DNA of 32,000 nucleotides from Chlamydiota bacterium (GTDB lineage: Bacteria; Auribacterota; JACPWU01): the NCBI GenBank assembly GCA_016196885.1, contig JACPWU010000056.1, positions 30,001-62,000 on the forward strand. Direction: 5' to 3'. The translations under genes were made by a program, and so were the position numbers. Below the pieces are notes generated by a model. The model was not told the origin of the DNA, did not search any database, and saw only the letters and a list, made by a program, of their open reading frames with translations. Position 1 is the first letter of the stretch, and each line of letters begins with the position of its first letter. Shown here piece after piece: positions 16,688 to 25,361 of the stretch.

Positions 16688-16791
16688 AAAAGCATGATGG
16701 GGAGAACTTTCATCGCACATGATGATCTCGAAGGATCATTGGAATTACGACCTGAGCTTATCGTAAAGAAAAGGATAGGGAAGATTCTGAA

Positions 16792-17340
16792 ATGAAAATC
16801 CTTGCAAGAATTCTCATTTTTCTTATGGTTGTTTATTCCCTCGGTTTTCCACTCAGTGTCGGAATCTCAAAGGTGAGAGGTTTCATCTTTCCAAACCCTT
16901 ATCGCTCCTTGGTGAAAGAGGTTTCGCGGCACTATGAGCTGGATCCTCTTTTGGTGGCAGCCCTGATTTATACAGAATCTAGTTTTAGACCTGGCGTGAC
17001 TTCTATGTCAGGGGCTGTCGGCCTCATGCAGCTCATGCCGGATACGGCTCTTCAAGTGGCTCAAGAGAAAGGATTGAAGAATTTTAGGGTTGAAGAACTT
17101 TGCGATGCCAGAACCAATCTTGAGCTGGGATGTTTTTATCTTTCTAAGCTGGGAAGAGAATTTCAAAATCTGGATCAGGTGCTCATCGCCTACAATGCGG
17201 GCAGAGGCAATTTGCTAAAATGGAAGGAATTGGAAAAAGACCTTTTATCGCAGAGCTTTCCGGAAACAAGAAAATATGTTACCCGTATTCGTTATACCTT
17301 CTGGCTCTTAAAATTGCTCAATGGGATTCAAAGGTTTTAG
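16792..17340 (+). CDS. Lytic transglycosylase (SLT domain), signal-anchored
   Basis: Catalytic-Glu motif YTESSFRP, then GLMQLMPDTA and AYNAG. N-terminal hydrophobic anchor. Confidence 0.88.
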   Translation: MKILARILIFLMVVYSLGFPLSVGISKVRGFIFPNPYRSLVKEVSRHYELDPLLVAALIYTESSFRPGVTSMSGAVGLMQLMPDTALQVAQEKGLKNFRVEELCDARTNLELGCFYLSKLGREFQNLDQVLIAYNAGRGNLLKWKELEKDLLSQSFPETRKYVTRIRYTFWLLKLLNGIQRF

Positions 17341-17351
17341 ATCACCTTGTT

Positions 17352-19367
17352 TCACGAAGTCACAAAATCCTTCACATCATTGACGACGCCGGGTTCCTCC
17401 GGAGCAGGTTCTTTCAACTGCTTTTGAAAATGCTCCTTTTCTTCTGTTTCTACATCTCCTGTGATGATCCTGGGAGTTAGGAAAATAACAAGCTCTGAGT
17501 TGCTGACCTCATTTTCAATTTTCTTAAAGGGAAGTCCAATGATAGGGATGCTTCCCAGAATGGGTATTTTACTCACCTCTTTTCGAGTGGTGCGGTCAAT
17601 GAGGCCCCCGATCACAATGGTGACCCCATCTTTCACCATCACGCGGGTTTTGGCATTCGAGGTTCTTACAATCGGAATTCGATTGCCAGAGGCAGTCACC
17701 AAGAAATTCGAAACAGAACTCACCTCGGGTTCTATTTCCATGGTGATATAACCCTCTTCATTGATGAGAGGCTTCACTTTTAAAATCACACCCACTTGAA
17801 TAAAATTGACATTTTCAGCTGTCGTGGCGTTCGTGGTGTTTTGGACGACGGTGTTTGTGACATAGGCCTCATTGGTTCCGACCTGAATTTTTGCTTCTTC
17901 ATTGTTTAAAACGGTGATGCGCGGGGTGGAAAGAATATCAATATCTCCCGTTTTCTTGAGAAGGTCCAACACAGCCTGATAAGGATTTCCCAAGCCGTCA
18001 TTGCCACCATCCGCCACGCCTGCAAGGATGACACGCCCGGCTGGATGAAGCGCTGCTCTTTGATCATACGGAGGCACCCGAGTGGGAATTCTTTGATTAA
18101 AGGCGGGTATCTGTGACGTGTCCGTTTGAGGCATTTCAGATAAAACCTCAAAGCCGGAAGAAAGGTTAAGGTTCATCGCATGATCTGCAATGGCCGTTGC
18201 AATGTATTCCCAATTGATCCCGTATTTAAAATTCTTGCTCAAATGTACTTGAACAATTTGGGCTTGAATCAAGACCTCGCGATGCTTGTCATCAAAGGCC
18301 TCAATGATTTTTCTCATGCGTTCAAGTTTTTCAGGTAAATCGGTGATGGCAATTTTATTTGTCCTTTCATCCGCTCGAATGTATCCAATCCCTTCTGTGA
18401 TTTCCTTTTCAATTTTTTCCTTCACCTCATCAAATTTCGCGTACTTCAGATTAAAGACTTCGGTTTTAACGTAAGGTGCCACATCATATTCTTTGATCAA
18501 GCGCTTGATCACCTCAAAGGTGCTTGGGACATCTGAGATGATGATTTTATTGGTCAGGGGATCTATTTGAATACTCCCGCGCTTGGTCAAAAAAGGCTTA
18601 AGTCTTTCTTCGACGGATTTCGGATCCGTGTACACAAGTTCATAAATTTCCGTCTTCAGGGGGACATCCAGAGACCCAATGGCCTCTGCAATTTCTTTAA
18701 GAATAGGCTCGGCATCAATGACGATGAAAGAATTTGAATTTTCATCTACGAAAATCTTTCCGATCTTGGATTTCATACCATCCAGGGTGGGTTTCAATTG
18801 CTCTGTGCTGGTTTGTTTCAACTGAAAAACCCTCACATGGGTCTTATCATTGAATTTCCTTCCAAACAAAAGTTCATACTCCCGATCCGTAAAGACACGA
18901 ATCACATTGCCGTCTTTGGCATAGGCAAGGTCGTTGGTCTCCACAATCAGCCGAAAAGCCGTCCAGATGTCTACATTTTCGATAAACATGGTGACGCGGC
19001 CGCGAACATCATTTCCCGCAATGATGTTCAGTTTTCCCTTTTGATTCAAAATGTTAAAAACTTCAATCACATCCATGTTCTTTATTTTTAATGAAATCTT
19101 TCCGGGCTCCGTGGGAGTCTGGGCCTGATTTTCTTGCGAAGAAAGTGTTCGATGCGGCTCATAAGCCTGCACAGTGGGTTGATTCTGGGGTTCTTCCTGA
19201 GGCTGTTGAGGTTCTTCTTGTTTCTCTTCAGGGGTTCCTTCTCGAGTTTCTTCCTGACGAGATTCTGACTGTGTCTGTGGGGGGAGAGGCTGCGCACTCG
19301 CCTCGATTCCCATTAAACAAAGAAAAAGAATAAACCCGCGCGGGCCCCTTATAAAAGTGCTTCTCAT
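17352..19367 (-). CDS. gspD: Secretin (GspD/PilQ/MshL family)
   Basis: Signal peptide, then a Q/E/P-rich linker and an N0-like domain (ISLKIKNMDVIEVFNILNQKGKLNII...). Three secretin-N repeats follow. The C-terminal secretin core ends in SELVIFLTPRII. Confidence 0.9.
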   Translation of the reverse strand: MRSTFIRGPRGFILFLCLMGIEASAQPLPPQTQSESRQEETREGTPEEKQEEPQQPQEEPQNQPTVQAYEPHRTLSSQENQAQTPTEPGKISLKIKNMDVIEVFNILNQKGKLNIIAGNDVRGRVTMFIENVDIWTAFRLIVETNDLAYAKDGNVIRVFTDREYELLFGRKFNDKTHVRVFQLKQTSTEQLKPTLDGMKSKIGKIFVDENSNSFIVIDAEPILKEIAEAIGSLDVPLKTEIYELVYTDPKSVEERLKPFLTKRGSIQIDPLTNKIIISDVPSTFEVIKRLIKEYDVAPYVKTEVFNLKYAKFDEVKEKIEKEITEGIGYIRADERTNKIAITDLPEKLERMRKIIEAFDDKHREVLIQAQIVQVHLSKNFKYGINWEYIATAIADHAMNLNLSSGFEVLSEMPQTDTSQIPAFNQRIPTRVPPYDQRAALHPAGRVILAGVADGGNDGLGNPYQAVLDLLKKTGDIDILSTPRITVLNNEEAKIQVGTNEAYVTNTVVQNTTNATTAENVNFIQVGVILKVKPLINEEGYITMEIEPEVSSVSNFLVTASGNRIPIVRTSNAKTRVMVKDGVTIVIGGLIDRTTRKEVSKIPILGSIPIIGLPFKKIENEVSNSELVIFLTPRIITGDVETEEKEHFQKQLKEPAPEEPGVVNDVKDFVTS

Positions 19368-20005
19368 AAAGTTAGTTGTCCCTCCTCATCCCCGTAACGT
19401 AAAATGACATGTCCCTCTCTCACTTCTACCACTTCCAGAGAACCGACGGTGCCACCCTTCTCAACATAATAGAGTTGTCCAGTCGATTTGTCTTCAATAA
19501 TCGCTTCGGGAGGCTCTCCATCAATGATGCCAGAAAGCGTGAGATTCTTCACCAAGTCACTGAGTCCCACAACCTTTTCTCTTGAAACCGAGACGGAGGG
19601 AGGAGGCCCCATACTTTTAAAGACGTTCCGACCTTGAAAAATTTTTGCATAGGTATCAAAGCTTTCCGTCAGCTTGGAAGAGCCTGTCGGTAATTCCAAT
19701 GTTTCAGAACCTGCCATCCTTGGAAGTGGCAGGGGAAGCACAGGTTCTCTGATGAGGTATTGATATCCCAAAATAGAAAGGAGTAAGAGGGCGAGGGCGC
19801 CTCCTAGATAAGAAAAAATCTTAACCGTTTCCACACGAGTCGTGTGATCGGAAAAAGCCACTTTTAAAAAAGGAGCTGCGGCGACGTGTTCCTCCTTTTT
19901 CTCTTCGTTCTTTTGAGGAGAGACTTCCTCTTTTTTAATAAGCTTGAGTAACTTCTCTTCTGGTGTCATGTTGTGCGTTGAGAAAAGCTTCCTCTTCGTG
20001 AACAA
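19364..20005 (-). CDS. GspC/PilP/MshK-like inner-membrane secretin-coupling protein
   Basis: Single TM helix (IFSYLGGALALLLLSILGY) and a C-terminal beta-rich domain (LTLSGIIDGEPPEAIIEDKSTGQLYYVEKGGTVGSLEVVEVREGHVILRY). ATGA overlap with the secretin start. The start is TTG 20005 or ATG 19969. Confidence 0.5.
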   Translation of the reverse strand: MFTKRKLFSTHNMTPEEKLLKLIKKEEVSPQKNEEKKEEHVAAAPFLKVAFSDHTTRVETVKIFSYLGGALALLLLSILGYQYLIREPVLPLPLPRMAGSETLELPTGSSKLTESFDTYAKIFQGRNVFKSMGPPPSVSVSREKVVGLSDLVKNLTLSGIIDGEPPEAIIEDKSTGQLYYVEKGGTVGSLEVVEVREGHVILRYGDEEGQLTL

Positions 20006-20798
20006 TTTCTTCTACCATGGGCTCTTTCACCTGAGATTCCTCGTGCATCACCATTTTTAAAAGGGTTTGGTGACAGAGCTGGGTCACCTGTCTTAAACGG
20101 CCGTCTGAATAATGCCAGATCCTTTCGATTGCTTGCGCTGTAAAAAGTTCCTGACCCTCTGGCCAGCCGGCCTGATGAAGACGGTATTGAATCATTTCTT
20201 GAAGCTCTATCAAAGACAAAGGTCTTAAAATGTATTTAAACCCAATTCGGTCATAAAAATTTTCAAGTGAGAGCAGTTTCGGCAAGATCTCCATTTGAGA
20301 AAACAAAACCAATTGAAGAAGCTTGGTGTCATTTGTCTCATAATTCAGAAAAATCCTCAAGACCTCAAGAAGGGCAGGGGATAGTTTCTGACTTTCATCA
20401 ATCATCAGAACAATTGTCTTATGATCGCTTAAATTTTTCTCGAAAAGAAAATTCTGAATCGCCCTTTTATAATGAACCGTTGTTTGACGAAGGGGTTTAA
20501 TCTTAAAAAGGTCACAAAGAAGAGCCAAAAATTGAGATTCCCTTTGAACGCTGGGGTCAAAAATCATGTAGAATTCGAAAGGGTCTTCTTCCTTAAAGCT
20601 TTTGAGAAGCGTCCTCGCCAAAGTGGTTTTTCCCGTCCCAATGTCTCCCAGGATAATGCTAAGCCCTCTTTTCAAGCGAATGGCAATCTCTAAACGGGCC
20701 AGGGCGGCCCGATGAATTGAGGAACGGTAAAAAAAAGCAGGGTCTGGACTGGTAGAGAAAGGTTCTTTCTTAAGACCGAGGGCTTCCAAATAGCTCAT
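19935..20798 (-). CDS. ExeA/GspA/MshM-like AAA ATPase
   Basis: N-terminal YLEALGLKKEPFSTSPDPAFFY, Walker A GDIGTGKTT, Walker B VLMIDESQ. Start chosen at ATG 20798; TTG 20810 is the alternative. Confidence 0.85.
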   Translation of the reverse strand: MSYLEALGLKKEPFSTSPDPAFFYRSSIHRAALARLEIAIRLKRGLSIILGDIGTGKTTLARTLLKSFKEEDPFEFYMIFDPSVQRESQFLALLCDLFKIKPLRQTTVHYKRAIQNFLFEKNLSDHKTIVLMIDESQKLSPALLEVLRIFLNYETNDTKLLQLVLFSQMEILPKLLSLENFYDRIGFKYILRPLSLIELQEMIQYRLHQAGWPEGQELFTAQAIERIWHYSDGRLRQVTQLCHQTLLKMVMHEESQVKEPMVEEIVHEEEAFLNAQHDTRREVTQAY

Positions 20799-20865
20799 GC
20801 TCGTTCCCAAATTTTTGAAGCTTTGACAAAAGTCTAGCGAATTTCAGCGCCAATGAAAAGAAATA

Positions 20866-21390
20866 TTAAGCCGCAATCTTAGAAAGAATCAGATGACATT
20901 TCAAACCCTCGCTTCGAGATCCAGCGCTGATCTTGACAGAATCCACATGAATCATGGCTTGAGAGTTTTTAAGTTCAAAGAGAAGTTTTCCGAGCCCAAG
21001 TTGCTGGGCATCCACCTCTATTTCCAAATGTATTTTTCTTAAATTTTCTTCTTCTCTTCCTACCAAGGGCTTCATGTCTACCACATGAACATCTGATTTT
21101 CTGCAAAGCCCTTCCACCTCTTGCAAAAATTTGGAAATTTCTTCCTGAAAAGCCCCGCCAACTTTTACAATCCCAAGATAATCCTGATACGTTTTTTCTA
21201 TTCGTTCCCGATTGTTCAAAATTTTAGTGAACTTCGCCAATGTAATTCCCTCTTTTTGAATCTCTTGTCTCACATCGGAAAGCTCTGAAGAAAGCGGCGT
21301 CCACAGCCACAGATAAATGATCACAACCAGAATGAGAGCCCCTGTCACCATTCCCAGCTTTTTCTCTCTGGCTTTAAGATTTTCTAACAT
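20866..21390 (-). CDS. PilO/GspM/MshJ-like bitopic assembly protein
   Basis: N-terminal TM helix (MVTGALILVVIIYLWLW), then a coiled-coil and ferredoxin-like tail. GGGGAGG RBS. It overlaps the upstream gene by 17 nt. Confidence 0.6.
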   Translation of the reverse strand: MLENLKAREKKLGMVTGALILVVIIYLWLWTPLSSELSDVRQEIQKEGITLAKFTKILNNRERIEKTYQDYLGIVKVGGAFQEEISKFLQEVEGLCRKSDVHVVDMKPLVGREEENLRKIHLEIEVDAQQLGLGKLLFELKNSQAMIHVDSVKISAGSRSEGLKCHLILSKIAA

Positions 21391-22795
21391 TTTCCTCCCC
21401 AGTGAAAGCAGCCAATGTGCATTCTAAATGGAATTCGGCAACGGCCTGACCCTCTACCAGGGTCTGACGGGCATAATGCGTCTGGATCTTTGTAAACAGT
21501 GGATTTTTTTGCAAGAGTCCGGTCAATTCAAAAATCTTGGCCAAGGTAGGGGCATAACCCCTCAGAGACACTTTATCGGTATCATATCCAACTGTTTTCA
21601 AATACACCCCTTCGGTCAGGGTCTCTAAAAGCGAAGAAATAATTCTTAAACAATCCCCTCGATGCTCTATATGATCTTTTAAAGCCAAAACCTTGCTTCT
21701 CAAGAGATCCAAGGTGCTGGCATCCTTTTCAATAGAGGCAATTTTTGCCTTAAGATCTCCTAAAAAATTTTTTTCCAATTTTACTTCATTTAAAAAAGCC
21801 CAGCATCCTGTTAAAAGAACCGCGCCCAAAAAAAAGAGAAGCCTTTTCAACTCAACGTAATAACTTTTCCTTTGAAAGAGACTCTCTACATCTGGCGGCA
21901 AGAGATTAAACTCTTGGTTTTGCGCATACGGTTCTAGAAGACTGATCAGATTCACCCAAGAAACATCTGTCACGGGATAATCCAAAACAGGAGAAACAGC
22001 TTGAAAAGAGGTTTCGCTCGTTTGGATTTCCCTCTTAAGACGTTCATGAAGAGGGATCACGAGTTCATGGAGGACAGAACTCGCTCCCATCAGGAAGACA
22101 GGGATCTTCTCCCGATCTTGTTCTACAGGAAAAAGGGCAATGGAGGCCTCTACCTCTGAGAGAAAATCAGAAAGTCCTGTTGCCATATTTAGATTTCTTG
22201 AATGGATTTCTCGAAAGCCAATCGGGATACTTCTTGAGAAATGAACTTGGCCTTTCTGAAAAAAAATAACATGAGTCTGGTGATAATCTACATCAATCGC
22301 TGCGGTAGAATCCTTTTCATGGGATAGAAAGATTCCTACATTTTCAGAGCCTACGCGAATGTGCGTGGGCTGAACACCCGCCTCACTCAAAATAGAAAGG
22401 GCATGTTCAATCACCTTGCGATGCAGCACCGCGACACGAATGAGACTGCATTGATTGGGAAGAGGCCCCAATCCATAATAGTCATACACAATCTCGGATC
22501 TTGGATGGGGAACCCATTTGGTCACCTGAAATTCCATCATGGACTTGATTTCTTCGGGCTGGGTTGAGGGAAGAACCAAATTCTTGAGCGTTACCAAATT
22601 TCGCGGCAAACCCAAAGCGACATCTGTTGTGCTGCCCTTCACTTTTTTAAGATTTTTTTTGATTTCCGAGGCAATGTCAGAGTCCGTCAAACCCTTGATC
22701 GAACGAATCACCAAAAGAGGGAAAGGCTGCTGGAGACGTGACTTTGCAACAACGATTTTTAGCAAATCTTGATCAAGGTAAATGACTGTTTTCAT
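21374..22795 (-). CDS. PilM-PilN fusion / GspL / MshI-like assembly protein
   Basis: About 300-aa cytoplasmic actin-like region, a TM helix (LLFFLGAVLLTGCWAF) and a periplasmic PilN/GspL-like tail. ATGA overlap with the gspK stop supports the ATG at 22795. Confidence 0.65.
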   Translation of the reverse strand: MKTVIYLDQDLLKIVVAKSRLQQPFPLLVIRSIKGLTDSDIASEIKKNLKKVKGSTTDVALGLPRNLVTLKNLVLPSTQPEEIKSMMEFQVTKWVPHPRSEIVYDYYGLGPLPNQCSLIRVAVLHRKVIEHALSILSEAGVQPTHIRVGSENVGIFLSHEKDSTAAIDVDYHQTHVIFFQKGQVHFSRSIPIGFREIHSRNLNMATGLSDFLSEVEASIALFPVEQDREKIPVFLMGASSVLHELVIPLHERLKREIQTSETSFQAVSPVLDYPVTDVSWVNLISLLEPYAQNQEFNLLPPDVESLFQRKSYYVELKRLLFFLGAVLLTGCWAFLNEVKLEKNFLGDLKAKIASIEKDASTLDLLRSKVLALKDHIEHRGDCLRIISSLLETLTEGVYLKTVGYDTDKVSLRGYAPTLAKIFELTGLLQKNPLFTKIQTHYARQTLVEGQAVAEFHLECTLAAFTGEENVRKS

Positions 22796-23790
22796 TCTTC
22801 CCGCCAAGCGATTATTTTCACTTCATCTCCTTGAACATGCTCCACAACGGCCTCGACTTTTCTAGCTGCCCTGTCCGAACCGGAGGGCATTGCAAAAGAC
22901 TGAACAAGAAAATGTTTGGATTTGACGCCCAGAAGTCCTTTCGCTACCAAATTCACCAATTGCGAAACATCGGTTGAGCTGAGGGGTTCTGCGTCAAAAA
23001 GGGTTCTTGCGATGGCGCCCTCATCAGCAAAAACGCCATCATCATCTGTCCCCAGAAGTTCATCCGGCCCTTTACGATACTCTACAATTTTTTCAATTAA
23101 ATCTTCGTCCAATCCTAAAATTTGAAGTACCTCCGTCGAGGCCGTGTTGATGTTCACCTTGCCGTCACCGTAGAGCGTGATCAGGCCTCCCCATTTCTTC
23201 AAAATCTCCTGCGTCATCCCTTTCACCAAAAGAAGCTCAGACAAATGTTCCAGTGGCGCATTCTTGGCGGGGTAGGGGATGTCCAAATCCTCATAATAAT
23301 CCTTTTCTGCCCCTTTGGGTTCCGGAGAAGAATTTTGATCGCGCCAATCCACAATGGCATCCACGATCTCCTCAGAAGCCTCTGGTAAATTCAAGAGCAC
23401 TTGCTTAGGGGCTGTGTTGATATTGATTTTTCTCTCCTCATCCACGATTCCGTATCGCGTCTTTATCTTCGATTCTACATCCATTTCCTCATAACTCACA
23501 GAAAATTTTCCGTCGCCCATTCGCTTATTTTTATAATAAGACGCGCTTAAAGCCCATTTTTGGAATGAGGCTTCATAATTTTCTAAATCTTGCTGAGTCA
23601 AAACATACATCGTCCAGCGCACCCCTGCCGCCGCTAAATAGCGCCCTTCCAACTGATCCATTCGATAGCGCAAGACCTTGATATGCAGCATCGCGTAAAA
23701 CGCAAGGCTCGAGGCCATGAGCGAGAGAAGCACCAATATCCAAATGGAAATAATGAGAATAGACCCTTTTTCCCTATTCTTCATCCTCAT
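22792..23790 (-). CDS. gspK: Minor pseudopilin GspK
   Basis: Leader ...NREKG then SILIISIWILVLL, with no Glu at +5 as is typical for GspK. Two helix-hairpin-helix segments (ININTAPKQVLLNLP, VNINTASTEVLQILG). Possible starts are ATG 23790, ATG 23784 and GTG 23820. Confidence 0.8.
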   Translation of the reverse strand: MRMKNREKGSILIISIWILVLLSLMASSLAFYAMLHIKVLRYRMDQLEGRYLAAAGVRWTMYVLTQQDLENYEASFQKWALSASYYKNKRMGDGKFSVSYEEMDVESKIKTRYGIVDEERKININTAPKQVLLNLPEASEEIVDAIVDWRDQNSSPEPKGAEKDYYEDLDIPYPAKNAPLEHLSELLLVKGMTQEILKKWGGLITLYGDGKVNINTASTEVLQILGLDEDLIEKIVEYRKGPDELLGTDDDGVFADEGAIARTLFDAEPLSSTDVSQLVNLVAKGLLGVKSKHFLVQSFAMPSGSDRAARKVEAVVEHVQGDEVKIIAWREE

Positions 23791-24439
23791 CCTCTTCCTT
23801 CGGCGGTTCAATAAGCTCACCCAAAGGCAGCACCACGGGCTTTACCAAATTATTTTTCTTTTCCTTCACTTGCGCATTTAAAACCACCATGGCCGGCATG
23901 GCTTTAGAATCACTCCACTGGTCTCGAGTGACCAACCTTTTCTCTGCAGAGTCCCAATAGGCATATTCAAAATGAAGGTCTTTAAAAATATCCGTGATCC
24001 ATTTTCCTTCAGGGGGAGACTCTAAAAAATTTTTCTCAATCGGGTACTGCGTCAAATACAAACCCTTCTTTCTTGAACTTTTATTCTCTTTTAAAAAGGA
24101 ATAATCAACTTTAAACAATCGAAGAGATTCAACCCCGCTTTCGTCCTTCACCCTTCTCAAAGCGCAGAAGTAGATTTCATCGGCATGCCCCATGCACCGA
24201 ACCCATTGATGAACGAATCCAACGCGAATATCATTGGCCACTTTTTCTAGGATGATCTTTTCTTCATTCGTGGAGTCCTGTTCTTTCTCAGAACGTTGCC
24301 AAAGCAGGATCCCCTGAGAAAGAATGGAATACAAAATGGCCCCTGTCACTGAAAAAAGAGAGGCGGCCAGCAGAAGCTCAATGAGTGTGAGCCCCTGTCT
24401 TCGAGGCCTCTTGGGCCTCTCTCTCCGACGCTTCTTCAT
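23774..24439 (-). CDS. gspJ: Minor pseudopilin, GspJ-like
   Basis: Prepilin-type N-terminus QG/LTLIELLLAASLFSV after a very basic 16-aa leader. Its position between gspI and gspK fits GspJ. Confidence 0.7.
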   Translation of the reverse strand: MKKRRRERPKRPRRQGLTLIELLLAASLFSVTGAILYSILSQGILLWQRSEKEQDSTNEEKIILEKVANDIRVGFVHQWVRCMGHADEIYFCALRRVKDESGVESLRLFKVDYSFLKENKSSRKKGLYLTQYPIEKNFLESPPEGKWITDIFKDLHFEYAYWDSAEKRLVTRDQWSDSKAMPAMVVLNAQVKEKKNNLVKPVVLPLGELIEPPKEEDEDEE

Positions 24440-24854
24440 CTTCCTTCTCCACCTTTTTAATCAGAAGGGTGTCTCCCGCGATTTTTCTTTTTTCTGAACC
24501 CTGACGCCATGAAACCTGGAGATCCACCTTCATAAATTTAACCGTTTTTTCATTTTCTTCTTCCTCTTCAGATTCCTTCTTAGACTTCACTTCATCCACC
24601 CTCAAATTCCACTTAAAATCCTGATCAGGTTTCCCAAAAACGCCCGAGCTTTCTCCCTCTTCTAGCTCAGGTTGAATTTCAATCTCGGACATTTTTGTTT
24701 CCAATAATCTCAAAGCCGTCAAATAGAATTTGGTTAAACGGTGCACCTTGGCCACATAGGTAAAAGAACGCACGGTTGCCGTGATGGCAATACTTAACAC
24801 CACCAGGGCCAAAAGAGCCTCGATGAGCAAAATCCCTTTTTCTTCTTTTTTCAT
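24378..24854 (-). CDS. gspI: Minor pseudopilin, GspI-like
   Basis: KG/ILLIEALLALVVLSIAI N-terminus with Glu at +5. Small size. It has an acidic insert and an acidic tail. Confidence 0.7.
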   Translation of the reverse strand: MKKEEKGILLIEALLALVVLSIAITATVRSFTYVAKVHRLTKFYLTALRLLETKMSEIEIQPELEEGESSGVFGKPDQDFKWNLRVDEVKSKKESEEEEENEKTVKFMKVDLQVSWRQGSEKRKIAGDTLLIKKVEKEDEEASEREAQEASKTGAHTH

Positions 24855-24856
24855 TT

Positions 24857-25330
24857 TTAACCTTCAGAAACTTTTCCCGTTAAACTGATTTTGAGATGTT
24901 TACGATCTTCTTGAATGTTTTCAAACTCCAGTTCTGTTTCAGTTGCGGAACCATCTGGGTAGAAAAAAATTTCTTCTTCGTCGGCTTTGATTTGAAAGCC
25001 CAAGGGAAGCATTTGGTCTTTTCCCAAATTTCCGCTCAGGCGTTCATAAGGTTCATCTTCGCGGTCTGGAGCTCGAAAAAGTGTAAAGGACGCTGTCTGG
25101 CGGGAAAGAAAAATTTTATAAGCTCGGCCTTCGAGCATCGCCAATTCATGGGCCGTTTGAGCCAGCCGCGAAAACTTTTGAGTCAGAACGGACAATTGAA
25201 ACTGCTCATAGGTTCTGCGGAAGCGAGGAATGGCGATCGAACTTAAAACGGCAATGATCACAGTCACGATGAGAATTTCAACAAGGGTAAAACCCTGATA
25301 TCTTTTATTATTGCGGCTGCAATAAAGCAT
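24857..25330 (-). CDS. gspH: Minor pseudopilin, GspH-like
   Basis: QG/FTLVEILIVTVIIAVLSSIAIPRF prepilin N-terminus. It sits directly after gspG. Confidence 0.7.
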   Translation of the reverse strand: MLYCSRNNKRYQGFTLVEILIVTVIIAVLSSIAIPRFRRTYEQFQLSVLTQKFSRLAQTAHELAMLEGRAYKIFLSRQTASFTLFRAPDREDEPYERLSGNLGKDQMLPLGFQIKADEEEIFFYPDGSATETELEFENIQEDRKHLKISLTGKVSEG

Positions 25331-25361
25331 GTGTTAGCCCTAATCAACCTAAATTGAATAC

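Noticed and set aside
16536-16700. Possible c-di-AMP (ydaO-type) riboswitch upstream of the lytic transglycosylase
   Set aside because: The context is tempting, because cell-wall hydrolase genes often carry it, and there are GGGG/CCCC tracts and a GCTAAC string. However, I cannot find the conserved pseudo-symmetric core. The 3' part of the region is a dispersed repeat that recurs at 28.9 kb in a different context. A covariance-model scan (Rfam ydaO-yuaA) would settle it.
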